Of a stretch of DNA of 64,000 bases, positions 27,650 to 41,479 are shown one piece after another. Below the pieces are notes generated by a model. It worked only from the letters and a program-made list of their open reading frames with translations. It was not told the origin of the DNA and searched no databases. Position 1 is the stretch's first letter, and each line of letters starts with the position of its first letter. The position numbers and the translations under genes were made by a program. Origin of the DNA: Squalus acanthias. Its lineage: Eukaryota. The stretch spans positions 16,556,001-16,620,000 of the forward strand of contig CM059432.1 in assembly GCA_030390025.1 (NCBI GenBank), written 5' to 3'.

Positions 27650-27925
27650 GTGCACAGCAAGGCTCCACCAACACCACACGACACGAATGAGCAATTGATC
27701 CGTTTTTGGTAGCTGAGGAGGAATGTTGGCCAGGATACACTTCTTTGGATAGTGTCATGGGACCTTTTACATCCTGAACAGGCAGCTGCATCCATGGTTT
27801 AATGTCTCACCAGAAAGACGCAATGGCAACAATGTAGCACTCTTTAGTACTTACATGTCGGCTTAGCTTATGCTCAGATACTGGAGTGGGACATCTAATT
27901 CAGAAGTGAGAGTGTTACTAACTCA
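27650..27925 (-). mobile_element. Decayed Deu-type SINE
   Basis: Partial similarity to 32600-32970. Confidence 0.5.
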
Positions 27926-30830
27926 GGGCAGCGTCCTAGGCCCAACTATCTTCAGCTGCTTCATCAATGACCTTCCCTCAATCATAAGGTCATAAGTGGA
28001 GCGGTTTGCTAATAATTGCACAGTGTTCAACTCCAATCGTAATTCCTCATAAAGAAGCAATCCATGCCCGCTTACAGCAAGACCTGGACGACATCCAGCA
28101 TTGGGCTAATAAGTGGCAAGTAACATTCACGTCTCAAAGTGCCAGGCAATGACCATCTCCAACAAGAGACAGCATAACCACGTCCCCATGACATGCAATG
28201 GCATTACTATTGCTAAGTCACCCACCATCAACATCCTGGGGGTCACTATTGACCAGAAACTGAACTGGGCTAGCCATATAGTGCGGCGGTCACTGCTACC
28301 ATTACTGTCATGGACAGCCATATATGCATCTGTCCATGACAGTATTGGTGGCAGTGACCACCGCACAGTCATGGTGGAGACGAAGTCCCGTCTTCACACT
28401 GAGGACACCCTCCATTGTGTTGTATGGCACTACCACCGTGCTAAATGGGATAAATTCAGAACAGATCTAGCAGCTCAAAACTGGGCATCCATGAGACACT
28501 GTGGGCCATCAGCAGCAGCAGAATTGTATTCCACCACAATCTGTAACCTCATGGCCCGGCATATCCCTTACTCTACCATTACCATCAAGCCAGGGGACCA
28601 ACCCTGGTTCAACAACGAGTGTAGAAGAGCATGCCAGGAGCAGCACCAGGCGTACCTACAAATGAGGTGCCAACCTGGGGATGCTGCAACACAGGACTAC
28701 ATGCATGCTAAAAAGCGGAAGCAGCATGCTATAGACAGGGCTAAGCGATCCCACAATCAATGGACCAGATCAAAGCTCTGCAGTCCTGCCACATCGAGTC
28801 GTGAATGGTGGTGGACCATTAAACAACTAACAGGAGGAGGAGGCTCCATGAATATCCCCATCCTCAATGATGGTGGAGCCCAGCACATGAGTGCAACAAA
28901 CAAGGCTGAAGCGTTTGCAACCATCTTCAGCCAGAAGTGCCGAGTGGATGATCCATATTGGCCTACTCCGGAGGTCCCCACCATCACAGAAGCCAGTCTT
29001 CAGCCAATTCGATTCACACCATGTAATATCAAGAAACGGCTGAGCGCAATGGATACAGCAAAGGCTAAGGGCCCTGACAACATCCCGGCTATCATGTTGA
29101 CGACTTGTGCTCCAGAACTAGCCGCACCTCTAGCCAAGCTGTTCCAGTACAGCTACAACACTGGCATCTATCCGACAAATGTGGAAAACTGACCAGGTAT
29201 GTCCTGTCCACAAAAAGCAGGACAAATCCAACCCAGCCAATTACCGCCCCATCAGTCTACTCTCAATCATCAGCAAAGTGATGGAAGGGGTCGTCGAAAA
29301 TGCTATCAAGCGGCACTTACTCACCAATAACCTGCTCACGGATGCCCAGTTTGGGTTCCACCAAGACCACTCGGCTCCTGACCTCGCCTTGGTCCAAACA
29401 TGGACAAAAGAGCTGAATTCCAGAGGTGAGGTGAGAGTGATTGCCCTTGACATCAAGGCAGCATTTGACCGAGTGTGGCATCAAGGAGCCCTAGTAAAAC
29501 TGAAGTCAATGGGAATCGGGGGGAAAATGTTCCACTAGCTGGAGTCATACCTAGCACAAAGGAAGATGGTTGTGGTGGTTGAAGGTCAATCATCACAGCC
29601 CCAGGACATCGCTGCAAGAGTTCCTCAGGGCAGTGTCCGAGGCCCAACCATCTTCAGCTGCTGCATCAATGACCTTCCCTCCAACATAAGGTCAGAAATG
29701 GGGATGTTCGCTGATGACTGCAGTGTTCAGCGCCATTCACAACTCCTCAGATAATGAAGCAGTCCATGCCCGTATGCAACAAGACCTGGCCAACGTTCAG
29801 GCTTGGGCTGATAAGTGGCAGGTAACATTCGCGCCACAGAAGTGCCAGGCAATGACTATCTCCAACAGGCGAGAGTCTAACCACCTCCCCTTGACATTCA
29901 ACGGTATTACCATTGCCGAATCCCCCATCATCAACATCCATTGACCAGAAACTTAACTGAACTAGCCACATAAATACTGTGGTAACAAGAGCAGGTCTGA
30001 GGTTAGGTATTCTGCGGCCAGTGTCTCACCTCCTGACTCCCCAAAGTCTTTCCACCATCTACAAGGCACAAGTAAGGAGTGTGATGGAATACTCTCCACT
30101 TGCCTGGATGAGTGCAGCTCCAACAACACTCAAGAAGCTCGACACCATCCAGGACAAAGCAGCCAGCTTGATTGGCACCCGATCCACCACCTTAAACATC
30201 CACTCCCTTCACCACCGGCGTACCGTGACTGCAGTGTGTACCATCTACAAGATGCACTGCAGCAACTTGCCAAGGCTTCTTCGGCAGCACCTCCCAAACC
30301 CGCGACCTCTTCCACCTAGAATGACAAGGGCAGCAGGCACATGGGAACACCACCACCTACAAGTTACCCTCCAAGTCACACACCATCCTGACTTAGAAGT
30401 ATATCGCCGATCCTTTATCGTCGCTGGGTCAAAATCCAGGAATCCCCTCCCTTACAGCACTGTGGGAGTACCTTCACCACACGGACTCTCCACTTGCCTG
30501 GGCAGCTCCAACACTCAAGAAGCTCAACATCATCCAGGACAAAGCAGTCCTCTTGATCAACATTGGTGTACCATTGCAGCGCAGCAACTCGCCAAGACTT
30601 CTAAAGCAGCATCTCCTAAACCCGTGACCTCCACCACCTAGAAGGACAAAGGCAGCAGGTGCATGGAAACACCATCACCTCCAAGCTCTGCTTCAAGTCA
30701 CACATCATCCCAACGGTCAGATGTTGCTGTTCTTTCTTTGTTGCAGGGTCAAAATCCTGGAACTCGTGGGAGCACCTTTACCACACAGACTGCAACAGTT
30801 CAAGAAGGCAGCCCACCACCATCTTCTCAA
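27925..30830 (+). mobile_element. Second CR1/L2-group LINE family, ORF2 remnants (at least 2-3 nested or adjacent pieces)
   Basis: SDHRTV, QPWFNNECRRA, KAKGPDNIP, NYRPISLLSIISKVME, ALDIKAAFDRVWH, VPQGS, MFADD; its 3' tail is shared with the Meta-type SINEs. Confidence 0.88.
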
Positions 30831-31880
30831 GGGCTGCAAGTGGCAAGCAGTGACTAGTGGGGTACCGCAGGGATCGGTCCTTGGACCCCAGCTATTCACA
30901 ATATACATTAATGATCTAGATAAGGGAATTAAATGTAATATCTCCAAGTTTGCAGATGACACAAAGCTGGGTGGGAGTGTGTGCTGCGAGGAGGATACCG
31001 AGAAACTCCAGGATGATCTGGACAGGTTGGGTGAGTGGGCAGAAGCGTGGCAGATGCAATATAACGTGGATAAGTGCGAGGTTATCCACTTTGGTGTCAA
31101 AAACAGAAAGGCAGACTATTATCTGAATGGCAATAGATTGGGAGAAGGGGAAGTGCAACGAGACCTGGGTGTCCTTGTGCACCAGTTGCTGAAAGTAAGC
31201 ATGCAGGTGCAGCAGGCGGTGAAGAAGGCAAATGGTATGTTGCCCTTCATAGCGAAAGGGTTTGAGTATAGGAACAGGGATGTCCTGCTGCAGTTGTACA
31301 GGGCCTTGATGAGACCACACCTTGAGTACTGTGTGCAGTTTTGGTCGCCTTATCTGAGGAAGGATGTTCTTGCCATGGAAGGAGTTCAGCGAAGATTCAC
31401 AAGGCTGATACCTGGGATGGCAGGAATGACATATGAGGAGAGATTGGGTCGATTGGGCTTATACTCACTGGAGTATAGAAGAATGAGAGGGGATCTCATC
31501 GAAACATATAAAATTCTGACAGGTCTGGACAAACTAGATGCAGGAAGAATGTTCCCGATGGTCGGAGAGTCCAGAACCAGGGGTCATAATCTACGGATAA
31601 CGGGTAAACCATTTAGGACAGAAATGAGGAAGAATTTCTTCACCCAGAGAGTGGTGAACCTGTGGAATTCTCTACCACAGAAGGTAGTTGAGGCGAAGTC
31701 ATTAAATATATTCATGGATGAGTTAGATATATTTCTTAAAGCTAAAGGTATCAAGGGATATGGGGAGAAGGCAGGTACAGGGTACTGAGTTTAGATGATC
31801 AGCCATGATCTCATCGAATGGTGGAGCAGGCTCGAGGGGCCGAATGGCCTATTCCTGCTCCTATCTTCTATGTTTCTATG
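30830..31880 (+). mobile_element. Young CR1 3' fragment with uninterrupted RT C-terminal frame
   Basis: [16 protein letters not shown]...[10 protein letters not shown]...GYGEKAGTGY with no stops; ctatgtttctatg tail. Confidence 0.93.
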
Positions 31881-32599
31881 TAAATTAGAAAAACCTCAGT
31901 TTGCTCCAGTTACTCATATTATGTATACTTAAGGAAGAGGCAGAGCAGGCTGTGCAATAGCTGCTGGAATGCCCCAGGTTACTGATTGTAATTCTCTGAT
32001 GTGTGACCGATGAGCGGGGAGAGAAAGAAAAAGAGAAAAAGGAAACATTGGAACCAGAACGAGCAGTGTGAGAGACAGAAGAGACAGCAGCACCAGAGAG
32101 CAGTATCAGAGACAAGAAACAGTTGAAGGAAGGATAAGAGACAGAATAAGAAGCTCACTAAATAAGGAAGCATCTCTTTTAAATTTGTGGGGTCTTTCTG
32201 AAGTGCAAAGTATAAGTCTTTGGTGGAAGGTGCTGAACCATCTATTTAGCACCTGAGGTAGGACCTTTCATTAGCGGATGTAAAATTTTATGGAAACATT
32301 TAAGGTACTCATTTTTTTATACATTTGGTAAAGGTATGTGGAGTAAGGGGGAGGGGAGCAAGTCAGTGATAGTTTAAAAAAAACATGGAGTGTTGGAAAG
32401 ATGAGAGAAAAACCGATCAGAAGGAGGACAGAGTAAAATGAGTAAGATTGCCAGACAACAGGGCGTTGGGGATGGAAAGGAGGTTGTATGTACATTAATG
32501 GACAAAGTATTGTCAATAAGACTGGTGAACTCTAAGCAAAAATTGCTATGAAAGGGTAATGATGTAATAACATTAACAGAGGTAGCATTCTCACCTCTT

Positions 32600-32970
32600 G
32601 AGTACAAATTCTAGGCTGACACTTCAGTGCAGCACTGAGGAGGTGCCGTTCGTTGGATGAGATGCTAAACGGAGGCCCCGTCTACTCTCAGGTGGACGGC
32701 AAAAGATCCCATGGTGCTATTTTGAAGAAGAACAGGGGAGTTCTCCCCGGTGTCCTGGCCAATATTTATCCTTCAACCAACATCACTAAAACTGATTATC
32801 TGGTCATTATCACTTAGCTGTTTGTGGGACCTTGCTGTGTGCAAATTGACAGTCACGTTTCCTACATTATAACAGTGACTACACTTCAAAAGCACTTCAT
32901 TGGTTGTAAAGCGCTTTGGGACATCCTGAGATCATGAAAGGCGCTACATAAATGTAAGTCTTTCTTTCTT
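32600..32970 (+). mobile_element. Deu-domain-type SINE
   Basis: gacacttcagtgcagcactgag...aagatcccatgg...gaagaagaacaggggagttctccccggtgtcctggccaatattta, with L2-like tail aaaggcgctacataaatgtaagtc. Confidence 0.8.
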
Positions 32971-33509
32971 CCTGCTCGAGCATTGTCAAATCAAATTTTT
33001 GTTTAATTTCAGTTTTGGTATCCACCTTAAGTTAACCACGATGGATACTCGCAACAAGGCTAATTTATAGACCTAAAAAGCATGTGCCAAACTCACTCAC
33101 GTCTCACATCTGTCATATGTGGCAATACCATAAGGCCTGTAAGTGACTTAAAAATTTTGTAGAAGGAGACGGCCAGGGTTTATGTTGACATCATCATTTG
33201 AAGTAAGTTTGGTATTAATGTACGGAGAAGGTATTAGGACTTCACTTTTTTGTTGAAAACAAGTGGGACTACCCACTTATCTCTAACATAAACAGGTTAG
33301 AGATAAGTGGGTAGCACTGTATTTATAGACCACCAGTGGAAAAGCAATAGCAGAGGAGATATGCAATTGGGATAAGAGTAATCTCAGTGGCAAAGAAGAA
33401 GAGTCTCTACAATGTGTCCAGGACAGTTTACTAGATAAGTCAGCCATTTGAATGGGGGTTTTTGAACTGCAACCATCATTCAGACATGACACCTGAGTAC
33501 AGTTGTTAT

Positions 33510-33925
33510 ACACTGGACGAGTAATCCAGAGGCTTGGATTAATAATTCAGAGACCGCGAGTTCAAATCCCACCATGGCAATTTGAGAATTTGGTATCAAT
33601 TTAAAAAGAAATCTGGAAATAAAAAGCTAGTATCAGTAAACATTACCATGATGCTGTTGAATTGTTGTAAAAACCCAAATGGTTCACTCATATCTTTTAG
33701 GGAAGGAAACCTCCTGTCCTTATCCATCTGGCCTACATGTGGCTCCAGTCCCACACCAACGTGGTTGACTCTTAACTGTCCTCTGAAGTGGCCTAGCAAG
33801 CCATTTAGTTGCATCGAATCACTATACAGCGGTTCAAGAAGACGGTCCACCACCACTTTCTCAGGGCAACTAGGGATGGGCAATAAATGCAGGCTTGCCA
33901 AGTGATGCCACATAAAATAAAGTTT
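33510..33925 (+). mobile_element. Meta-type tRNA SINE
   Basis: gagttcaaatcc B box, ggttcactcatatcttttagggaaggaaac core, gggcaactagggatgggcaataaatg tail. Confidence 0.75.
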
Positions 33926-36900
33926 CATCTCAACCTCCTCCGTTTCCCACCCCGATCAAAACTTCTCAGACATAGAAAATAATTTCTGCAAAAGCTTCAC
34001 GTTGTAAAAATTATTACCTTGTTAGATATAATTCATCGTGGACTTCTGAGACTCAGAATAATATCTGGCATCAGTATATGAATAGCTGTGTTCTCCATTA
34101 TAATTTTAGGCTTGCCACAACATATTTCCATCTGTATATTTTACAGACTTCAGCTTAGCTGAAGGCAGTTTTTGTTTAGAAACCAGAAGCATGCTACTGC
34201 TCCCAGTCAGAGAAACACACCACTGAAGAGAAGGAAAAAGAAAGCCTTGTAAGATTCCATGATTCTTTTCTCTTCCCACATCTCTGCTATAAAGACATCA
34301 AAAGCAGCCCTATAGTTAGAAAGGGGCCACAAGATTTTTGTCAGTCTTGTTAAAGAGCAGGCTTGCTCCACAGCAGTTTGCCTGGCCAGCTTTTGAATAA
34401 TGCTTTCACTATGCTCAGTCACTGGCTTAAAATCCCAACTCTTACTGCTTCTTCACCAGGGTTAGGTTCAACTTCACGTCACAGTGAAAATAAGATGGAG
34501 TTAGGTAGCTGAGTCAAATGCTATTTCAAACCTCTTACTATAACAAACTGTTCCTCTCATCCTGAAAGAGGTAGCTGCAATAGTTAACACAACAATTCAA
34601 ATTTTGATGAGAACTCTTCTGCCAAGATGATCAATGAGATAAAGTGCCATAAGAAATGTTATTGACACATGCAAGGCTGGAAGTCCCAGACAGACAGATA
34701 GATAAATAGATCGACAGAGAAAAACACACGCACTGATCACATGTGGCTTTCCTAATAGTGAGTTGGCAGAAATAATATTCAATAATGATAGCAGTATTTT
34801 ATCATGCAATACTCAACCTATTAAAATAAAGTTTGATATATCCAATAGCATTTACCTTTCCAAGGCTGAGGATATGTAGGAATATGGGAGGCAATATATA
34901 ACAGGTTGGAGGGTATATACCTCTCAGGGAGATACTGTAACATGGGTAGTTGAAACACAAGGAGAGACTCAAGGTAAGACCAAGATGGACTGAGGGAGGG
35001 GCTGCTGCCAGGTCGGCGTTGGAGTGTGCGAGAGCCATAATCTGGGACAGAGTAAAGGTCAGGGGGAAGTGTTGGATGTGGGAGTAATCAGGCTTCGAAT
35101 ATTTTCCGCTTTTCACCTACCTGCCCAGATTATTTGCCAGCCTGCAAGCTTGCTCACTCACCCAACCCGTCTTTTATGTCTGCCTAATCAAACTGCTTCC
35201 CAATCTACCTTATCGCAGAACTGCCTCGAATCCTTCCCAGGTCACCTACCAGACTGACCCAGAGAATTTTGACAGGAAAAATTATGTAGATACAAAAAGT
35301 TGTTTGTTTATGCAATTTATGCTTATGAAAGCAGCAATGTATGGACTGCAGAGACAGAGTAACCAACATCAATTAAGGAGGATTGGTCTACCTTCAGTTA
35401 CAGAATGCACTACTTAAAAAAAAAAAGTCTTCTTGGGATGTGGATTATTCTGGCAGCATTTATTGCCCGTACCTAGTTGCCCTGAGAGCATTAAGAGACA
35501 ATTTACATAATGTGGGGCTGGAGTCTCTCAGACCGGGCAGGCCAGACAGATTCCCTTCCATGAAGCACAATCGTAAACCAATTGTGTTTTCAGCACAATC
35601 TGTCAGCTTTCATAGTTATTTTCCAGGTAAAACCCCACCAATGATCAGATTTATTGAATTCAGTTTCACTTTATTGAACTCACGACCTCTGCCGAGTACC
35701 ATAACACGATTGTACTCTTTAGTGTGAAGATTGTGATGGGCACATGTACCTACTGGCTGAAGATCTGTCTCATTAGAAGAGAATGGAATGAGTCCCATCT
35801 GAGAAATGACCCCACTAGGCAGAGCAAAAGCTGAAATGGTTTGTTCATATACCATAAAAGTTGAATGGAAGAGTAAATATAGGTAGACAGTTGTGCTGCT
35901 GGCAAAGAGAAGAATGTAATAGAAAGATCTTCTGACATCTAAGGCTATCCTCATTATGAATGACAGTTTCAGAAGGTTTGATCATTTTTTTAAATCTGCC
36001 TTCCCGCACCCCCCTCCCCACCTCACCTTTCCTGGTTACTAACTCCTTGCCAGGGCACAGTTCCTTGGGCTTTGGTCACCATACAGTATCTCGTCCAAAT
36101 GTTCATTGCCCATGTGTGAGCCTCAACAGTGAGTGCCAGTAGGCTACTCAACCAAGAGAGGCATCACATCAAAACAGATCCTATCCTCGTCTGACGGAAA
36201 TACACATGTTCAAGCAGGGGTTACTGGACAGCAATCGGGAGCAGAAATACTGGTCAATTTTCCCCTCCCTAACGCTGATGCACTAAGGCCATATGATGAC
36301 TGCGCTGCTACAGTGCCCTGACCACCATTCTGGCTGAGGTCAGCTAACTTAGTAAAGGATGCTGATTAAACTGTGAAGCTTAGTTACTCATTGGGTTTGA
36401 TTCCCAGCGAAAGCAAGACTTCAGTGGGTCAGTCACAACCAACATGAATTTAAAATGGTAGCACAGGAAGCATGATAACATCAAAGCAGTAGAGCCCGTC
36501 TAAGTGGGCAGATTATCTAGCACGATATCTAGCATAATTAGATAGCATGGAATGGTCTCTCATCCATATGATATATTTTCTAAATGTAATAAAACAGTTG
36601 TTACTTCAGAACAAGGTATTAGAACTCTTCTCTACCCCTCTCTCTGGAAAAAATAAGCTGAGGCGTTCAAGATCTCATGTTTAGTCTTATGGCAAACCGT
36701 AGGTCTGCGACTTGCAATATGTCAAAGGGTTATGGGGAAGTCCAGTTTTTCTGTCATTAACAGGGCAACAAAGTTAATTTAACACCAGGCATCTCAACAG
36801 CAAGTGGAATCCTTGGCAATTTTTGAAATTGATCTTACGTACTTGAAGTTGTGACCATCACAAGCTTGTGATTTTACCTTCACATCATCAATCTTTAAAT

Positions 36901-37091
36901 ATGGGTTTTCAATGTACACGTTACAATGGCCCACATTAGCCTGCTGTCTGATGAACCAAATTAGCCACACTGTGTCGCTGTGAAGTACAATTCAATATTT
37001 TGAAGGACAAATATCACTCAAAGAATCACTGAAATTACAGAACAGGAGATGGCCATCCTGCCCACTGCATCCTTGCTGTGCTAGCTCTTCA

Positions 37092-37313
<222 letters not shown>

Positions 37314-37744
37314 CTAAACCAATGGAGTGGTTTGAATAAACACATACCTGAACCAAGCACAGAACTACACTGTATCATTCGAATTATTTCATAATCCTGA
37401 TCCAAACAGGCAGACAATTTCTGGGTAAATCAATTACAAATTTCCTGGAATTTCATTGTTAAAAGTTGATAGAAATACTCTTCAGTTAAGACTTGATTTG
37501 GCATAAAGGCCCTTAAAGACTATTCCTGGTCTTTTAACTACTACAGTATATTCACAAACTTATTTAAGCAATGTATGCGGGAATTCATTGAACGAGGCCG
37601 GGGTGTGGGCAGAGTACAACCTCTGTCGATGCCAATGTGAGCAGCGGAGTCTTTAGTCTCCTTGATTAACTGATGTCCTTGGGGCCCCATTGGTAGGGGT
37701 GGGGATAGGACTGCGTGTGGTGAATGTACAGAAGTGTAGCCTAC

Positions 37745-37985
37745 ATACCCAGAGAGTGGTGAACCTGTGGAATTCTCTACCACAGAAGGTAGTTGAGGCG
37801 AAGTCATTAAATATATTCAAGGATGAGTTAGATATATTTCTTAAAGCTAAAGGTATCAAGGGATATGGGGAGAAGGCAGGTACAGGGTACTGAGTTTAGA
37901 TGATCAGCCATGATCTCATCGAATGGCGGAGCAGGCTCGAGGGGCCGAATGGCCTACTCCTGCTCCTATCTTCTATGTTTCTATA
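37745..37985 (+). mobile_element. Young CR1 3' tail
   Basis: Near-identical to 31642-31880. Confidence 0.9.
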
Positions 37986-38344
37986 AGCCCTGTTCTATGT
38001 GCATCCTATGTACCACTCATTTGGACTGGCATATGTTCCAAAGATGCTGTGTCCATGTTTGTCATCTTGGAATGGTTACAGCACAGGAGGCCGCCATTCG
38101 GCCCATCGAGCCTGTGCCAGCTCCCTGCAAGAGCACTTCAGCTAGTCCCACTCCCCCGCCCTTTACAAATCATCAGTAGGATGCACCTTCTAACTAATCT
38201 GAGAGCAGGACAAGTAAGGTACCCTTGTATCACCTGCCCCAAGTTTGTCATCAAGATCCCACCAACCCTGATTCAGTTGGTACCACCTTCCAATGAGTCA
38301 GAAGATTCTCATTTCAAGCTCCACCCAGAATTTGAGGACATAAC

Positions 38345-40600
38345 ATGATAAAACTTCACACTGTGTTTGAGCGTGAAATACTTCAGTCAGAAATGAGAGT
38401 CTTAAACTTAAATAAAGCCAATTACATAGGTATTGGGGCGAGTTAGCTAAGACAGATTGGGAAATTAGATTAAAGGTATGGCGGTAGATAAGCAGTGGCA
38501 AACATTTAAAAAAAGATTCCAAAATTCTCAACAAATGAGCATTCCATTGAGAAATAAAAACTTCACGGGAAAAGTGATCCATCCATGGCTAACTAAAGAA
38601 GTTAAAGATAGTATCAGATTAAAAGAAGAGGCTTATAATGCTGGGAAGAATAGTAGTAAGCCTAAGGATTGGGAGAGCTTTAGAAACCAGCAAAGGATGA
38701 CCAAAAAATTGATAAAAAGGGAGAAAATAGAATAGGAGAGTAAACTAGCAAGAAATATAAAAACAGATTGTAAGAGCTTCTACAAGTAAGTAAAAATGAA
38801 GAGAGTAGCAAAAGTAAACATTGATCCCTTAGAGGCTGAGACAGGTGAAATTATAATGGGGAGTAAGGAAATGGCAGAGATTTTAAACAAATATTTTGTA
38901 TCTGTCTTCGCAGTAGAAGATGTAAAAAGCATACCAAAAATAATGGGGAACCAAGGGGCTAATAAGAGTGAGGAACTTAAAGTAATTAATATCAGTAGAG
39001 AAAAAGTATTCGAGAAACTAATGGGACTAAAAGCCAGCAAATCCCCTGGACCTGATGGCCTATAACCTAGGGTTCTAAAAGAGGTGGCTGCAGAGATAGC
39101 GGATGCATTGGTTGTGATCTTCCAAAATTCCCTAGGTTCGAGAATGGTCCCAGCGGATTGGAAGGTAGCAAATGTAATCGTGCCATTCAAGAAAGGAGGG
39201 AGAGAGAAAACAGGGAACTATAGGCCAGTTAGCCTGAGTCATTGGGAAAATGCTGGAATCCATTAAGGAAGTGGAAACAGGGCACTTAGAATATCATAAT
39301 ATGATTAGGCAGAGTCAAGGTGGTTTTATGAAAGGGAAATCGTGTTTAACAAATTTATTAGTGTTTTTTGAGGATGTAAGTAGCAGGGTAGATAAAGGGG
39401 AACCAGTGGATGTAGTATATTTGGATTTCCAAAAGGCATTTGATAAGGTGCCACATAAAAGGTTGCTACGCAAGATAAGGGCTCATGGAGTTGGGGGTAA
39501 TATATTAGCATGGACAGAGGATTGGTTAACAGACAGAAAACAGAGAGTAGGGATAAACGGGTCATTTTCCGGTTGGCAGGCTGTAACTTGTGGGGTGCCG
39601 CAAGGATCAGTGCTTGGGCCTCAGCTATTTACAATCTGTTTTAATTACTTAGATGAACCGATCGAGTGCAATGTATCCAAATTTGCTGACGATACAAAGC
39701 TAGGTGGGGAAGTAAGCTTTGAGGAGGACACATAGAGCTTGCAATGGGATTTAGACAGGTTAAGTCAGTGGGCAATAAAGTGGCAGATGGAGTATAATGT
39801 GAGGAATTGTGAAGTTATTCACTTTGGTAGGAAGAATAGAAAAACAGAATATTTTTTAAATGGTGAGAAACTATTAAATGTTGGTATTCAGAGAGATTTA
39901 GGTGTCCTCATACAGGAAATACAGAAAGTTAGCATGCAGGTACAGCAAGCAATTAGGAAGGCAAATGACATGTTGGCCTTAATTGCAAGGGGGGTTGGAG
40001 TACAAGAGTAAGGAAGCCTTGCTACAATTGTATAGGGCTTTGGCGAGATCACACCTACAGTACTGCACACAGTTTTGGTCTTCTTATCGGAGAGGACATA
40101 TATGCCTTAGAGGCGGTGCAACGAAGTTTCACTAGATTTATCCCTGGGATGAGAGGGTTGTCCTATGGAGGAGAGATTGAGTAAATTGGGCCTTTACTCT
40201 CTGGTTTAGAAGAATGAGAGGTGATCTCACTGAAAAATATAAGATTCTGAGGGGAATTGACAGGGTAGATGCTGAGAGGTTGTTTCCCCTGGCTGGAGAG
40301 TCTAGAACTAGGGGACATAGTCTCAGGATAAGGGGTCGGCCATTTAAGACTGAGATGAGGAGGAATTTCTTCACTCAGAGGGTTGTGAATCTTTGGAATT
40401 CTCTACCCTAAAGGGTTGTAGATGCTGAGTCATTGAGTATATTCAAGGCTGAGATAGATTTCTGGACTCGAGGGGAATCAAGGGATATGTGGATCGGGCG
40501 GAAAAGTGGAGTTAAGGTCAAAGATCAGCCATGATCTGATTGAATGGTGGAGCAAACTTGAGGGGCTGTATGGCCTACTCCTAATTCTTATGTTATGTTC
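38345..40600 (+). mobile_element. CR1 LINE ORF2, 5'-truncated, frameshifted
   Basis: [68 protein letters not shown]. Confidence 0.92.
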
Positions 40601-40604
40601 TTAT

Positions 40605-40970
40605 AATCTAGGCTAACACGTCAATGCAGTGCTGAGAGTGCACACATTGGTGGAGATGTCATCTTTCAGTTAAGACATTAAACCTAGATCGCATTTGCCT
40701 GCTTTAATGATTCAGGTGAACATTAAATGGCCATGGCATTACTCAAAGATGATCAGTAAGTTCTCATGGTGTCCTGACCAACAATTTTCCTTCAACTAAC
40801 AACAGATTAATGTCATTTTTGTCATTGCTCTTTGTGGGATTTTGCTGTGCACAAAATGGCTGCCACTTATGCCTACACAAGAAAAGTCACTGCACCAGGA
40901 AGTACTTAATTGTATGCAAAGCACTTTTAGACATTTATGCGTTGTCCTGAAGCACAAGGTAAATGCAAGC
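40605..40970 (+). mobile_element. Decayed Deu-type SINE
   Basis: Similar to 32600-32970. Confidence 0.6.
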
Positions 40971-41479
40971 CTATAAAGCAGCTGTCTTGGTTTAGTCTTG
41001 TAGGTGGCCCTTTAAATTAGGCAACGTACATGAGATCTTAAAAAGCCACTTGCAGCCTCAATCTACTTTATTACATATGTTGCAAATTTTGTTTTAAGAG
41101 TAAGTCTAATATGATTTTCAAATATATACAGACTTTGTGAATGGTTCAGTTATGAAAATGACACCTTGTTATTTTCTGAATGAGACTAGCAATTATGAAT
41201 TTCATAACAAGCCCTGGCTATAAAAGGAATGAACAGATAACAGACCTTACATTGTATCTGAATCAAACATATTGAGATCTTCATAGAGAAGCAGGCAGAT
41301 TTTAGCTGGCTCCCACAACTCAAAAGGAGACAAGGAGAGGAGCTACGTAAAACAGTTGTTTATAGAGATGCAGGTTAGAAGTTAGATTTACTACCTTGTG
41401 TTATTTCCCTCTTCAGATGTTAGAATTTCTACTTCTATATTGTTTTTACACATTTGCTTGTTAATTGCTTATTCAGTAA

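Noticed and set aside
28113..31788. Long ORFs of 359 aa and 355 aa as host genes
   Set aside because: Both are chimeric read-throughs across junctions of LINE fragments.
31930..32200. Purine-rich stretch with short ORFs
   Set aside because: Low complexity, with no recognisable protein or structure.
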